A DNA stretch of 64,000 nucleotides from assembly GCF_009914755.1 (NCBI RefSeq), contig NC_060938.1; one strand, given 5' to 3'. How positions within the stretch are numbered: position 1 is the first letter of the stretch; each line of letters starts with the position of its first letter. Below, one piece after another: positions 49,846 through 64,000 of the stretch. Under the pieces are notes generated by a model. It did no database searches. It was not told where the DNA came from and saw only the letters and a list, made by a program, of their open reading frames with translations. This DNA comes from the human T2T-CHM13v2.0 reference genome, Homo sapiens. The translations under genes were made by a program, and so were the position numbers.

Positions 49846-52500
49846 CAGATTGACCCTCCCTCATCTGAAAATCTGAAATCTGAAATTCTCTAAAATCTGA
49901 AATTTTTGAGTGCTGCCATGATGCCACAGGTGAAAAATTGCACACCTGACCTCATGCAGTGAATTGCAATCAAAACTTTATTTCAAGCACAAAATTATTT
50001 TAAAATATTGTATAAAAATCATCTTTATGCTACGAATATAAGGTATATATGAAACATAAATGAATTTTGTGTTTAGACTTTAGTCTTATATGATTTGGCT
50101 GTGTCCCCCCTCAAATCTCATCTTGAATTGTAACTCCCACAATTCCCACATGTCATAGGAGGAACCTGGTGAGACATAATTGAATCATGGTGGCTGGTCT
50201 CTCCCATGCTGTTCTAGTGAAAGTAGATAAGTCTCACAAGATCTGATGGTTTTTAAAACGGGAATTTCCCTGCACAAGCTCACTCTTGGCCTGCTGCCAT
50301 CTTAGTAAGACGTGACTTGCTCCTCCATGCCTTCTACCATGATTGTGAGGCCTCCCCAGCCACGTGGAACTCTTAAGTCCATTAAATCTCTTTCTTTTGT
50401 AAATTGCCCAGTCTCAGGTATGTCTTTATCAACAGCATGAAAATGGACTAATGCAGTAAATTGGTACCAGTAGTGTGGGGTGCTGCTGAAAAGATACCCA
50501 AAAATGTGGAAGTGACTTTGGAACTGGGTAACAGGCAGAGGTTGGAACAGTTTGGAGGGCTCAGAAGAAGACAGGAAAATGTGGGAAAGTTTGGAAGTCC
50601 CTAGAGACTCGTTGAGTGGCTTTCACCAAAATACTGATAATGATATGGACAATGAAATCCAGACTGAGTTGGTCTCAGATGGAGATGAAGTACTTGTTGG
50701 GAACTGGAGAAAAGGTGACACTTGTTATGTTTTAGCAAAGAGACTTGCCCCTGCCCTAGAGATTTGTGGAACTTTGAACTTGAGAAAGATGATTAGGGTA
50801 TCTGGCACAATTGATTTCTAAACAGTAAAGCATTCAAGAGGTGACTTGGGTGCTGTTAAAGGCATTCAGTTTTAAAAGGGAAACAGAACATAAAAGTTTG
50901 GAAAATTTATAGCCTGACAATGCGATAGAAAAGAAAATCCCATTTTCTGAGGAGAAATTCAAGCTGGCTGCAGATACATGCATAAGTAATAAGGAGCCAA
51001 ATGTTAATCCCCAATACAATGGGGAAAATGTCACCAGGGCATGTAGGAGGTCTTCGAGGCAGCCCCTTTCATCACAGGCCCAGAGGCATAGGAGGAAAAA
51101 TGGTTTCACGGGCTAGGCCCATGGTCCCTGTATTGTGTGCAGTCTAGGGACTTGGTGCCCTGTGTTCCAACCACTTTAGCCATGGCTAACAGGGGCCAAG
51201 GTAAAGCTTGGGATGTGGCTTCAGAGGGTGCAAGCCCCAAGCCTTGGCAGCTTCTACATGATGTTGAGCCTGCGAGTGCACAGAAGTCAAGAATTGGGGT
51301 TTGGGAACCTCTGCCTAGATTTCAGAGGATGGATGGAAATGCCTGGATGTCCAAGCAGAAGTTTGCTGCAGGGGTGGGGCTCTCATGGAGAATCTCTGCT
51401 AGGGCAGTGCAGAAGAGAAATGAGGGGTTGGAGCCCCCACACAGAGTCCCTACTGGGGCACGGCCTAGTGGAGCTGTGAGAAGAGGATCATTGTCCTCCA
51501 GACTTCAGAATAGTAGATCCACTGATAGCTTATACTGTGCACCTGGAAAAGCAGTGCACACTCAATGCCAGCCCATGGCAGCAGCCAGGAGGGAGGCTGT
51601 ACCCTGCAAAGCCACAGGGTCGGAGCTACCCAAGACCATAGGAACCCACCTTTTGCATCAGCATTACCTGAATGTGAGACCTGGAGTCAAAGGAGATCAT
51701 TTGATTTGACGTAAGATTTGACTGCCTTGCTGGCTTTCAGACTTGCGTGGGGGCTTTAGCCCCTTTGTTTTGGCCAATTTCTCCCATTTGTAAGGGCTGT
51801 ATTTACCTGTACCCTCATTGTATCTAGGAAGTAACTAAATTGCTTTTGATTTTACTGGCTCATAGGTAAAAGGGACTTGCCTTATCTCAGATGAGACTTT
51901 GGGCTGTGAACTTTTGAGTTAATGCTGAAGTGAGTTAAGACTTTGGGTGACTGTTGGGAAGGCATGATTAGTTTTGAAATGTGAGGACATGAGATTTAGG
52001 AGGGGTCGGGGTGGAATGATATGGTTTGGCTGTGTCCCCACCCAGATCTCATCTTGAATTTTAACTCCCTCAATTCCCACATATTGTGGGAGGAACCTGG
52101 TGGGAGGTAATTGAATAATGGGGTTGAGTCTTTCCAATGCTGTTCTTGTGATAGTGAATAAGTCTCAGCTGATCTGATGGTTTTAAAAACAGGAGTTTCC
52201 CTGCACAGGCTCTCTCTTGGCCTGCTCCCATCCACATATAAAACATGGCTTGCTCCTCCTTGCCTTCCACCATGATTGTGAGGCCTCCCCAGCCACATCA
52301 AACTGTAAGTCCATTAAACCTCTTTATTTTGTAAATTGCCCTGTCTCGGGTATGTCTTTATCAGCAGCGTGAAAATGGACTAATACATATCCCCAGGATA
52401 TCTCATTATATATGTATGCATATATTCCAAAATCCAAAAAAAGTTGAAATTTGGAAAAACTTCTAGTCCAAAGTATTTCAGATAAGGGATGTTCACCCTC
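49846..52500. mobile_element. Tigger4 (Zombi)-like element split by THE1 (49846-50085 and 52388-52500)
   Basis: atctgaaaatctgaaatctgaaat...cacctgacctcatg...gtgtttagactt, then ccccaggatatctcattat...tttcagataagggatgttca. Confidence 0.8.
50086..52387 (+). mobile_element. Complete THE1A/B-type MaLR provirus (LTR 50086-50455, internal, LTR 52017-52387)
   Basis: Two similar LTRs of about 370 bp flanking about 1.56 kb of THE1-int (gtaaattggtaccag...ggggtggaa). Confidence 0.93.
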
Positions 52501-53967
52501 TGTCTGTCCAAAAATCATGAACGAAGATCTAGTTTGTGTGTAGAAAGTTGCAGTTTCACCCTAAAAAGCAAAACAAGCTGGATAAGTCATATAATTCAAA
52601 GATTATATAATCAAAATTTTGGTTATAGCGATCTACGAGTAGTTGCCTGAGGTAGAGGGAATTTACTAGAAAGGGAAATTTGAGATCTTTCTTGGATGAT
52701 GGAAATAGTCTATATGTTGCTTGGGTGGCAGTTTCACAATTACATAAAATTGTCAAAATCCATCAAACATAACATCAGAGATCATTATTTTTTGTATATA
52801 TATTAACTTGATATGAAAATCTGAATGTGGTTTAATATGATTCAATTTGCATTTAATTTAAAATAGATTAATTTAGCAACAGTAGCAACAGTGAAGGTGG
52901 AATACGTTGAAAATAAAGGTTATGACTTTTGTGGGCACTGATAGTCAATGGGTTGTCAGAAAGAAGAGTAGTAATTCCCATTTTTTGTGTGGAACCATGG
53001 ATACTGGTAGAAAATTTTTTCAGTTACACTAGTTCTGATCTGATCTCCCACTATGATTGTATAAAGCAGTGAAAACTCATTTAATATTCTTCCAGGACTT
53101 TCATTTATCAATGCCTACCAGGCAGTGATAATCAGGATAGCCATATGCTTTGTCTACTCTTGGTTAAATTAATGGAAACAACAACAACTTTATATAATAT
53201 GGTAACTATACTGTATTGTGGTAGTCAAAGTTAGATTCATTTAGCTTGCTGCAATGCATAGGGAGGCTGTGCAAGGAGCTAAGGTATTTTGGTACAAGAA
53301 GTTACTAGGAATTCATCATAGGATTCAGGGTTGTGCTTAAACGTGGTTTCCGTGGACTCAGTGTCCTTAGAGTCTGCTAGGCTCCATGTGGGTTCTTCCT
53401 TTTGTGTCAGCCTCCAGGAAACTCACTCAAGCCTTTGAAAATCAGGCTCACCTATTTGTTTCCTGTCTCTCTGGAATCACTATCTTTACTCTTGAGTTTA
53501 ATCGTTTGAATACCAAGCTGTTGATATATATATCTTCTGACTTTTTTAGGTGTTTTAGAAAATAGGGAAAATCCAGTATCTTTATTCCTTCTTGGTCAGA
53601 AATAAAAGTTCTCATATTTTTTTTACTAAAATGTTGGGGTAGGGTGATATGTGGATAGACAAAAAAGTTAATATGCCAGTGCTTATTTGTAAAACATAAA
53701 GCTTAAATGAAGAAAAGTAATATTAAAATAGTTATACATCGTTTTTTAAACACTATGTTCAAGGCATCTTGATCTGTGGAATTATGTATTTTAGCTAAGT
53801 TGTACTAAATAGTACTGATTCAGATATACAAATCATAATACTTATCAGCTAATTGAAAGCTCCTTGAGAGGAATATTTAATGGTTTAATTTTGAACATAC
53901 TACATATTTTAAGTATCAAATGTTCAGTAAATATATATGTGGAATACATGTTTTCTGTGTCAGACAC

Positions 53968-56503
<2,536 letters not shown>

Positions 56504-57049
56504 GACACCTAGCATTTCTTATTAGAATTCATAATATTTATTCCTTCCCTGAGCTTAAGAGCCATTTTCAGGTAAGATGAGAACTAACATCTATTTATAT
56601 AAATCCAATAAAATATATGAATTTTGATTACAAATGCTAATTTTCACTCAGTTTTAAGCTTCTATTTCTTATGCTAGTTTCTCTTCATTATGTTGCTATA
56701 GATCTACTGATTATCCACTTTATGTCTTTCTAAATATTCCTTTATTTACTGATATATTAAAATTTTTGAACAATTAACTTTATTTATCAAAGACTAACAT
56801 AATTCCTGATCTCTTGGTAGTTAAGTGGGGAAGGCACATATCTATCAAATAAGCACTCTAATTTGTATATAATTAAGGCTGAAATAACTATACCAGAATT
56901 AAGGATAAAGTTTTGTAAAGACTGAAATAATCTATTAAGTCTCATGCACAGAAGAGACATAGTTCAGGAGGTATTTTGGATGAAAATTGCCAAAGATATT
57001 GTAGCTGAATCCCAAACCTGAGAAATATTCTTGGTTTTTTAGTATTTTT

Positions 57050-57790
57050 CCTTCATCACCACCGCCATTGCCACCATCCCTCTTCAGTCTAGTCCATTAC
57101 CAAATCCCATTAGCTCCTTCTCCAAAATAACATCAAATCCAACTATATTATCTATTCTACCATCACCCTGGTTTAAGCCAACATCATCTCTAACTTGAAC
57201 TTGCAGTATTTCTAAATATCTGTTTCCATTCCTGTCATCCTTTAATCCATTCTCTATATAGCAGCCAGAGAAACCTTTTATTAACCGTAAATCAGACCAT
57301 GACATTTTTCTTCTTAAAACCTTGGTGGCTCTCTATAACATTCAGAATGAAGTCCAGTTTATTCAGGATAGGCTACTAGACCCTGGTTCCTGACCTTCTC
57401 TCCAATCTCATCTCATCACCATTTTATTATTTATTTATTTTTCTCCTCACTCTCTTCCTACAAGCTATGCTGGCTGCCTTTTCATTGCAAGAATAAACCA
57501 AGCTCCATACTATTTTGGTGCCTTTCAGTTTTTGCTGTCCTGTACCTAGAATGTTTTTCTCCAGTTTTTTACTTATTTGGCTCATCGATGTTAAAATCAG
57601 ATCACCTCTTCAGATAGGCCTTCTCCAATAACCTTGTCTAAAGTGACCTCAAGTTATTGTATTAACTTATTTTCTCCCTCATTTAATTTTATCTCCTTAA
57701 GTTCTGTGAAAGCTATGAATTCATTCCATTTATCTTTGTTGTAGCTATCTTTGTTGGCACTTAGGTGCTCAGTAAAAATACTTTTTATGT
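57050..57790 (+). mobile_element. L2 3' fragment
   Basis: aatccattctctatatagcagccagag...aaatcagaccatg...ggcacttaggtgctcagtaaa. Confidence 0.8.
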
Positions 57791-58254
57791 GGATATTTCC
57801 CCAGTCTTCTTAGTAAAGTCTGAACTATAATGAAGGATCATAATCATAGCAAACATTTATGTAGTCTCCATATAAATTAATAATTGACAGTTGATGATTT
57901 CTGAAAACCATAATCCGTATTCACTCAGTAAGTGAGTATTTTATATTATAGCTGAAAATAGCTTACTTTTAAAGGTATAAAGTAAAGGATAAGGACTCAT
58001 ACACACTTATAAAGTCTAAAGTTGTTAATTCAGTTCAACAGATAATTTACATTTAATACTGAAATTCACTATTTACTATGTTCAGTGTTGTGTTAGGCAA
58101 GCTGTCTAGCTTAAAGGACACTAATGTTCAACATGAATTCTAAATGGAGTAAGTAATTGGAGATCTGGTATAGAAATTGAGTGAAATGCATTATTAAAAT
58201 CCATGAAAACCAACAAGTCTTAGTAGTTATTCTTTACAAAAGCCATAATTAAGA

Positions 58255-58815
58255 CCCACACCTCCCAAACTGTGCACCAGGGTACCCCAGACTGCCATAG
58301 AAAACTCTTAGGGATACCATAGGCTTTTTTTAAATTTTGAGGGAAACCAGCAACATCTGTCAGATACTATGTAAAGTACTATCTCAAGGTAGTTCGCAGT
58401 TTCAGTGTTAGATTGTACCTTTGATGATGTCACATCTTTATGAAGCTGGGTTTTGCACAGTTAACTGTGAGAAAAAGCAAGTACTACAGGAAAATTATTG
58501 TGGAAGAGGAAAGGAGGGCAACAGTATCCAATATGATTCAAAGGTTTAGGATATGTACAGGGCCCAATAGTTGTACCCATCCCATTAGTAAGTAATTGTA
58601 GTTACTATTAATAATTATTTAAAATTAATATGTTTTTACTTTCAATTTGTATCTATTATTTAACAGCTACTAATTTGTTAGGATATAAAACTTAAGTTGT
58701 TTGGACCTTACTACTTAATAAACAGAACTATTAGATACTTCTTTTACTGGGTGCCATGAAAACATTATTGAGACACCCAGAGCACCTTGAACTGAGAAAG
58801 TTTGAGAACTTCTGA
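58255..58815. mobile_element. hAT-Charlie (Charlie4a-like) element
   Basis: ctcccaaactgtgcaccagggtaccc...gaactgagaaagtttgagaacttctg. Confidence 0.55.
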
Positions 58816-58974
58816 TATAGCCAAATTTTATTTTATTTTATTTTTATGATTCAAATATCATTTTATTGTTAATAGCATCTTTCTGGAGATCTGGTCTTCA
58901 ACAGACTCTCTAGAAGAAATTTATGTTTATGATAAGTGGGAGACTATACTATAGAAGCATAGAGAAAGAGAAAT

Positions 58975-59140
58975 AATATTTACTGGGTACCTACTATGTT
59001 ATAGACATTATTTTTATTTCTTGTTTAATACTTATAGCAATCTTAAGATATATAATGATGATCTTCCCATTTTATAGACAGGGAACCAAAGGTCAAAAAA
59101 ATTAGATATTTTGCTAGGTTACACAGCTAACTGGATGGTG
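58975..59140 (-). mobile_element. MIR
   Basis: atttactgggtacctactatgt...cccattttatagacagggaacc...ggttacacagcta. Confidence 0.75.
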
Positions 59141-59510
59141 CCTGAAGAAGCTAAAGGCTTTTTATGGCAATGACTAATGTATTATTTTCAACTTAAGAAA
59201 GTTAGTTGGATGGAGTGACAAAGGAACAAAGATCTACTATATTGTGGATTTTATTACTGTAAATAAACACTGAAGGTTACTTTTTTTTTTAAATTCTTAG
59301 TCCCTATTATTCATGCAAGTTTTTCATGTCATTTGCTGGATCATTAAATTTGAGTATATTTGGTAGTCTTATTTCCATAATAGAGAATCAGTGAAGATTG
59401 TTTTAGTGTTTCACATAGTTAAAATTGTATTTTGGTCACCTACAACTTGATAATCTATAGAAGTTAAGTACTACCGAGTTAGATTTTCATTGAATTTTTT
59501 ATTTTAACTG

Positions 59511-59832
<322 letters not shown>

Positions 59833-59834
59833 TA

Positions 59835-60950
59835 TTTTGACTGTTTTCTTGCCTGTGTGCCTTGTAATTATAAAGAAATTTCTGGAACCCATACAAAGAT
59901 ATTTTCTATTTGCACTTCATTTTCTGTTAGCCTCTTCTGAAACTTCTGCAGTGTTTTGAATTATCTCAACCATTCTCCACATCTCTTAACCTCTGTTTCT
60001 TATTTTCTTTCTTTTTATCTCTCTTTGCTGAATTCTATATCACTTCTTGAGACCTGTCTTCCAGTTTATGAATTTTCCTTTCATCTGTATCTGATCTCCT
60101 ACAGTCTTCTGAGTTTGTTTCTCCAGTCCTAAAATTATTATATGTTTCATTCATGGGAACCCTGGTTGGTTATTTTCAAATCTGCCTAGTAAGTTTTCTT
60201 ACATTTTGTACTTTTCTAGGCATATTAAACATATTAATGTTTTCTAATAATTCTAATATTTACAGTATTTTTAGGTCTGGTTCTGTAGTTCGTCGTTTCT
60301 ACATATACTTTTTGTGGTAGTATCCCCTTTCCCTTCCCCTTCCTCTTCCTGTTCTCCCTTCCTCTTTCTTTTTCCCCTTCCCTTTCCCCTCTTTCGGGCT
60401 TTTGAGTGAATGGAGTTCATTCCTTCATGGAGAAATTTGATTCTCCCATGCACATGGGATACTGTCAATGTGAAACCACTTTCAATTTTGGGGTGGTGTG
60501 GATTCAGGCCATAACCCTGCACAAATGTGGATTTGTGGTTATTAATTCTCAGGGAAGCCCCTTTTTCTTTTTTTTTCTTTTCATATTCTACCCAATCCAA
60601 GGTAGACAGGCATGTATCTCTTTCAACTCCCTTTTTGGAGTTTTGGTTGTTTTTCTTAGTTTATCCTTTTGGGTGTTACTGACTGCATCTGAATTTTATG
60701 TGATATGACTTCACATCCATATTGAACTCTGAAAGCCTGGCTTTTAAGCACTGGGCTCTTTAATACCAAGGCTGTAGGCCACACATCAGCAGATACCACC
60801 AGAGTCCAGCAAATACTGGCCCCAGAACTCTTTCCTTTTCTGGATTTATGATTCTTTTTTGCTTACAGCCTTTATGAATTCTTTTAGTTTCCAACCAGCC
60901 AACCGTGTGCTTAAATAAGTCTTTAAAAATGTGTATTATATTCACACTTT
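59835..60950 (-). mobile_element. Ancient L1M-type fragment with a C/T-rich low-complexity patch (about 60322-60395)
   Basis: T-rich degenerate sequence resembling antisense old L1 ORF1/5' region. Confidence 0.45.
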
Positions 60951-62321
60951 TTAGATGTGGTATGCTAGAAGTGACCTTAACTGAATATGTTGGTCTGCTA
61001 TAGTACAAAAAAAAGCAATTCATTAAATATTTTGAATGACAGCACAGGATTCTGTGCTGACTCAAGTTAGAGCAAGTTACACACTTTAGAACTCTTCTCT
61101 GAATTTGCTGTCACTTTACCCAAAAGTAGAATTAGAACTCTTTGGCTGCCCTCACCATAGCCAAGTGACTCCTAATCCTCCAGGGAACATGTAAAATGGT
61201 AAAATTTGCCTGAAAAATACAGCTGACTTTCATAAGACTACAGCAAATTTTGAAAGGTACATTGGAGCAGTAGTAGTGATAGGAAACCAATTGTTAGGCT
61301 TTCTATATTCATTCTTGAACGGTTACCCCAAAAGAGTATCCTAAAATTCAAGTTAAAAATTAAAACACTGTTAATTTAAAACTGTCTTTTCTGTTTCAGT
61401 TTAAAATGTTAAATCAAAACAGACTTTCTTCTTACCCTAAAATAGTTACATAAGAACAGTCTGTTGTCACAGAAGTCATTCTATTATAAAGTTACTTTAT
61501 TATAAAGGGTATAGTCTCTATTTAAAATGTTAAGCTACAAATATTTATCCTTTTGAGCCATCTGTACTGCTAAATACCCATAAGTATTTTAGACTAAGAT
61601 CTGAAAAATGGAAATACTTTAAAACCTTTGCATTGTTGATTCTTGATTTTTTTTATGGCGTGTGTCTTGCTTTGAGCAGAAATAGATTGATGCAGACAGC
61701 TTACTTGTAAAACATTATGTTACTGTCATTTAAAAAAATAGTTTTAAACCCTCTGATGGAAAGGGGCATCTTTAGATGAAGTAATTTCATTAAAATATCC
61801 AATTCAGAATCTAAGTAAATAAACTTAAATATATAAAAATTCTTCACTTAATGTATTTATTCCCATAATAAATATGTTAATTTCATAAATTTAGAGCTCT
61901 GTTAGGTGAATTTATTTTATTATTTTAAATCATTACCTTAGCTAACCCAGAAAGTTTCTATTGAGAATGTTTGTTCCCCACTTTCTCCTCATGAAATCAT
62001 TTTAATACTGTATAATACCAGGAAATTGATTAATGTCATTAATCAACTATTATTATGGATATATATTTTATTGGATGCTTATTTCATATTTCCTTTTTGG
62101 GTGGCGTTCTATTGAAACATGTGAGAAAATATTAGTAACTTGTCTACTCTGCTTACCCCCATCTTATATAAACCCCATTTCCAGAGGACTGGAAACTGGA
62201 AAGAAGAATACCTCAGGGCTGAACATGACAGGGGCTTAAGAAAAGTATCTGAGAAATTATAACCAAAAACTGAGCCTAGAATGAATTTGCAATTCAAATT
62301 CATATTGTCTGCACTGTATAA

Positions 62322-62644
<323 letters not shown>

Positions 62645-62799
62645 CTGCTTTTTTTTTTTTTTTTTTAAACAAAACCATCAATGGAAGGAAAAACACTTTA
62701 AGTGTATGAATTTAGTTTAAAGTAGTCTATGATGGATAGTGCGTTCGGACAACTGACCAAAACAAATGCAGATTCTCTGGTGAATTCACTTTGTCCTAA

Positions 62800-63225
62800 A
62801 ATTCAAAGAAATACCATACATTATTTACCACTGAACACGAAAAGCTACAAGGAAATGAAGTACTATGAATAAGAATCATCAGAAACACTAAGCAGCTGAA
62901 TCAACCCTACATAGACATTAAATATTGGAATGATTGGATATAGAGTAAAAAACAACTATGCTTACTTAATATGTTAAACAAAATAAAACTAAAAAGCAAA
63001 AGCCTAAAAAAAATCAATAGGGAACAGCAAACTGTAAAAATGTCCTAGCAAATTTGGAAAATAATCAATTAGAAATTCTAGAATTGGAAACAAATAATCT
63101 AAATTTAAAATCACATGGAGTATAACAGCAGAACAGATACAATTGAAGAGAGAAATAGCAAAGTGAATAATAGGCTAAAAGAAATTATTGAGAATTTATC
63201 ACAAAGAGCAAAAATTCAAAAACAA
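62800..63225 (+). mobile_element. Ancient L1/HAL1 ORF1-like fragment
   Basis: A-rich; ORF 63115-63303 MEYNSRTDTIEERNSKVNNRLKEII resembles the L1 ORF1p coiled coil. Confidence 0.55.
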
Positions 63226-64000
63226 GAAAGAGGTTCAAAACTACACTGTTTCATGCACACTGGTGTATTTATGATATATCTCACAAAAATGTCTAAAATA
63301 TAATCAAATATATGGTCAAATATGCTCATTCATCTTTAGAGCTTTCTATAAGAAGAAAACAAAAGGAAAAACATTATGTGCAACAGTAGGGGAAGGATCA
63401 GAGAGTTAATAGTTCATCCATTACAAATTATGTTACTATAAATACTTAACGTCATGAGGGAAATATTTACCTTAAGAGTATTACATTTATACATTGATCT
63501 CAAATTCAAAGAATAGTAAGATATGTTATTTATTTAACGATACATATAAAAAGAAAGAATATCTTATTTAATAGTAGAGCTTACTTCTGAATACTAGGGA
63601 TACAGGTACTTTAAAATTTTCTTTGTAGGCTCTTTGTATTTCCCAGTTGTTTTAAACTGAACATTTAGTACTTAAAAAAAAAAAAAGCCAGAAAGCTGCT
63701 AATAAGTATTAAAAAGTGGTACTTAGTGATGTATTCTAGAACTTTTCTGTGCTATATCTGTGCTTTTCCTGTGGTAAGTGCTTATCATATTTTTAAAATG
63801 ACTGATATTTGGCTCTTATAGATTCTTAATGTATATTTAAATGAAGTGGATGAATAATAAAAGTTAGTGGAAAATTTATAAAGAGTAAGGCCTTGAATAT
63901 TTGCAACACACTGAACTGTTGATTACTGGGGATTTAAGCTGAGAGTCTTCATTTAGGTGCAATTTAGTAAGTGTCTTAGTTCCTTTTGTGCTGTTATAAC

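Overview
This is primate, almost certainly human, genomic DNA from inside the very large GPHN (gephyrin) gene on the + strand. The only protein-coding sequence is a 79-nt exon at 4092-4170 encoding (V)[25 protein letters not shown](L), part of the gephyrin G domain (coding exon 2). Everything else is the end of intron 1 and about 60 kb of intron 2. The introns are dominated by transposable elements: two full-length decayed L1s facing tail-to-tail, several truncated or nested L1s, about 20 Alu/FLAM elements, a solo ERV9 LTR12, two complete THE1-type MaLR proviruses, a MER34-like ERV remnant, Tigger/Charlie DNA transposon fossils, MIR and L2. None of the other ORFs in the track look like real genes. 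I see no evidence for a novel self-contained biological system. The best leads are candidate TE-derived poison exons, LTR-derived alternative or antisense promoters, and several template-switch or deletion scars and cruciform-prone AT structures. Repeat subfamily names come from recalled consensus sequences and need RepeatMasker/Dfam confirmation.
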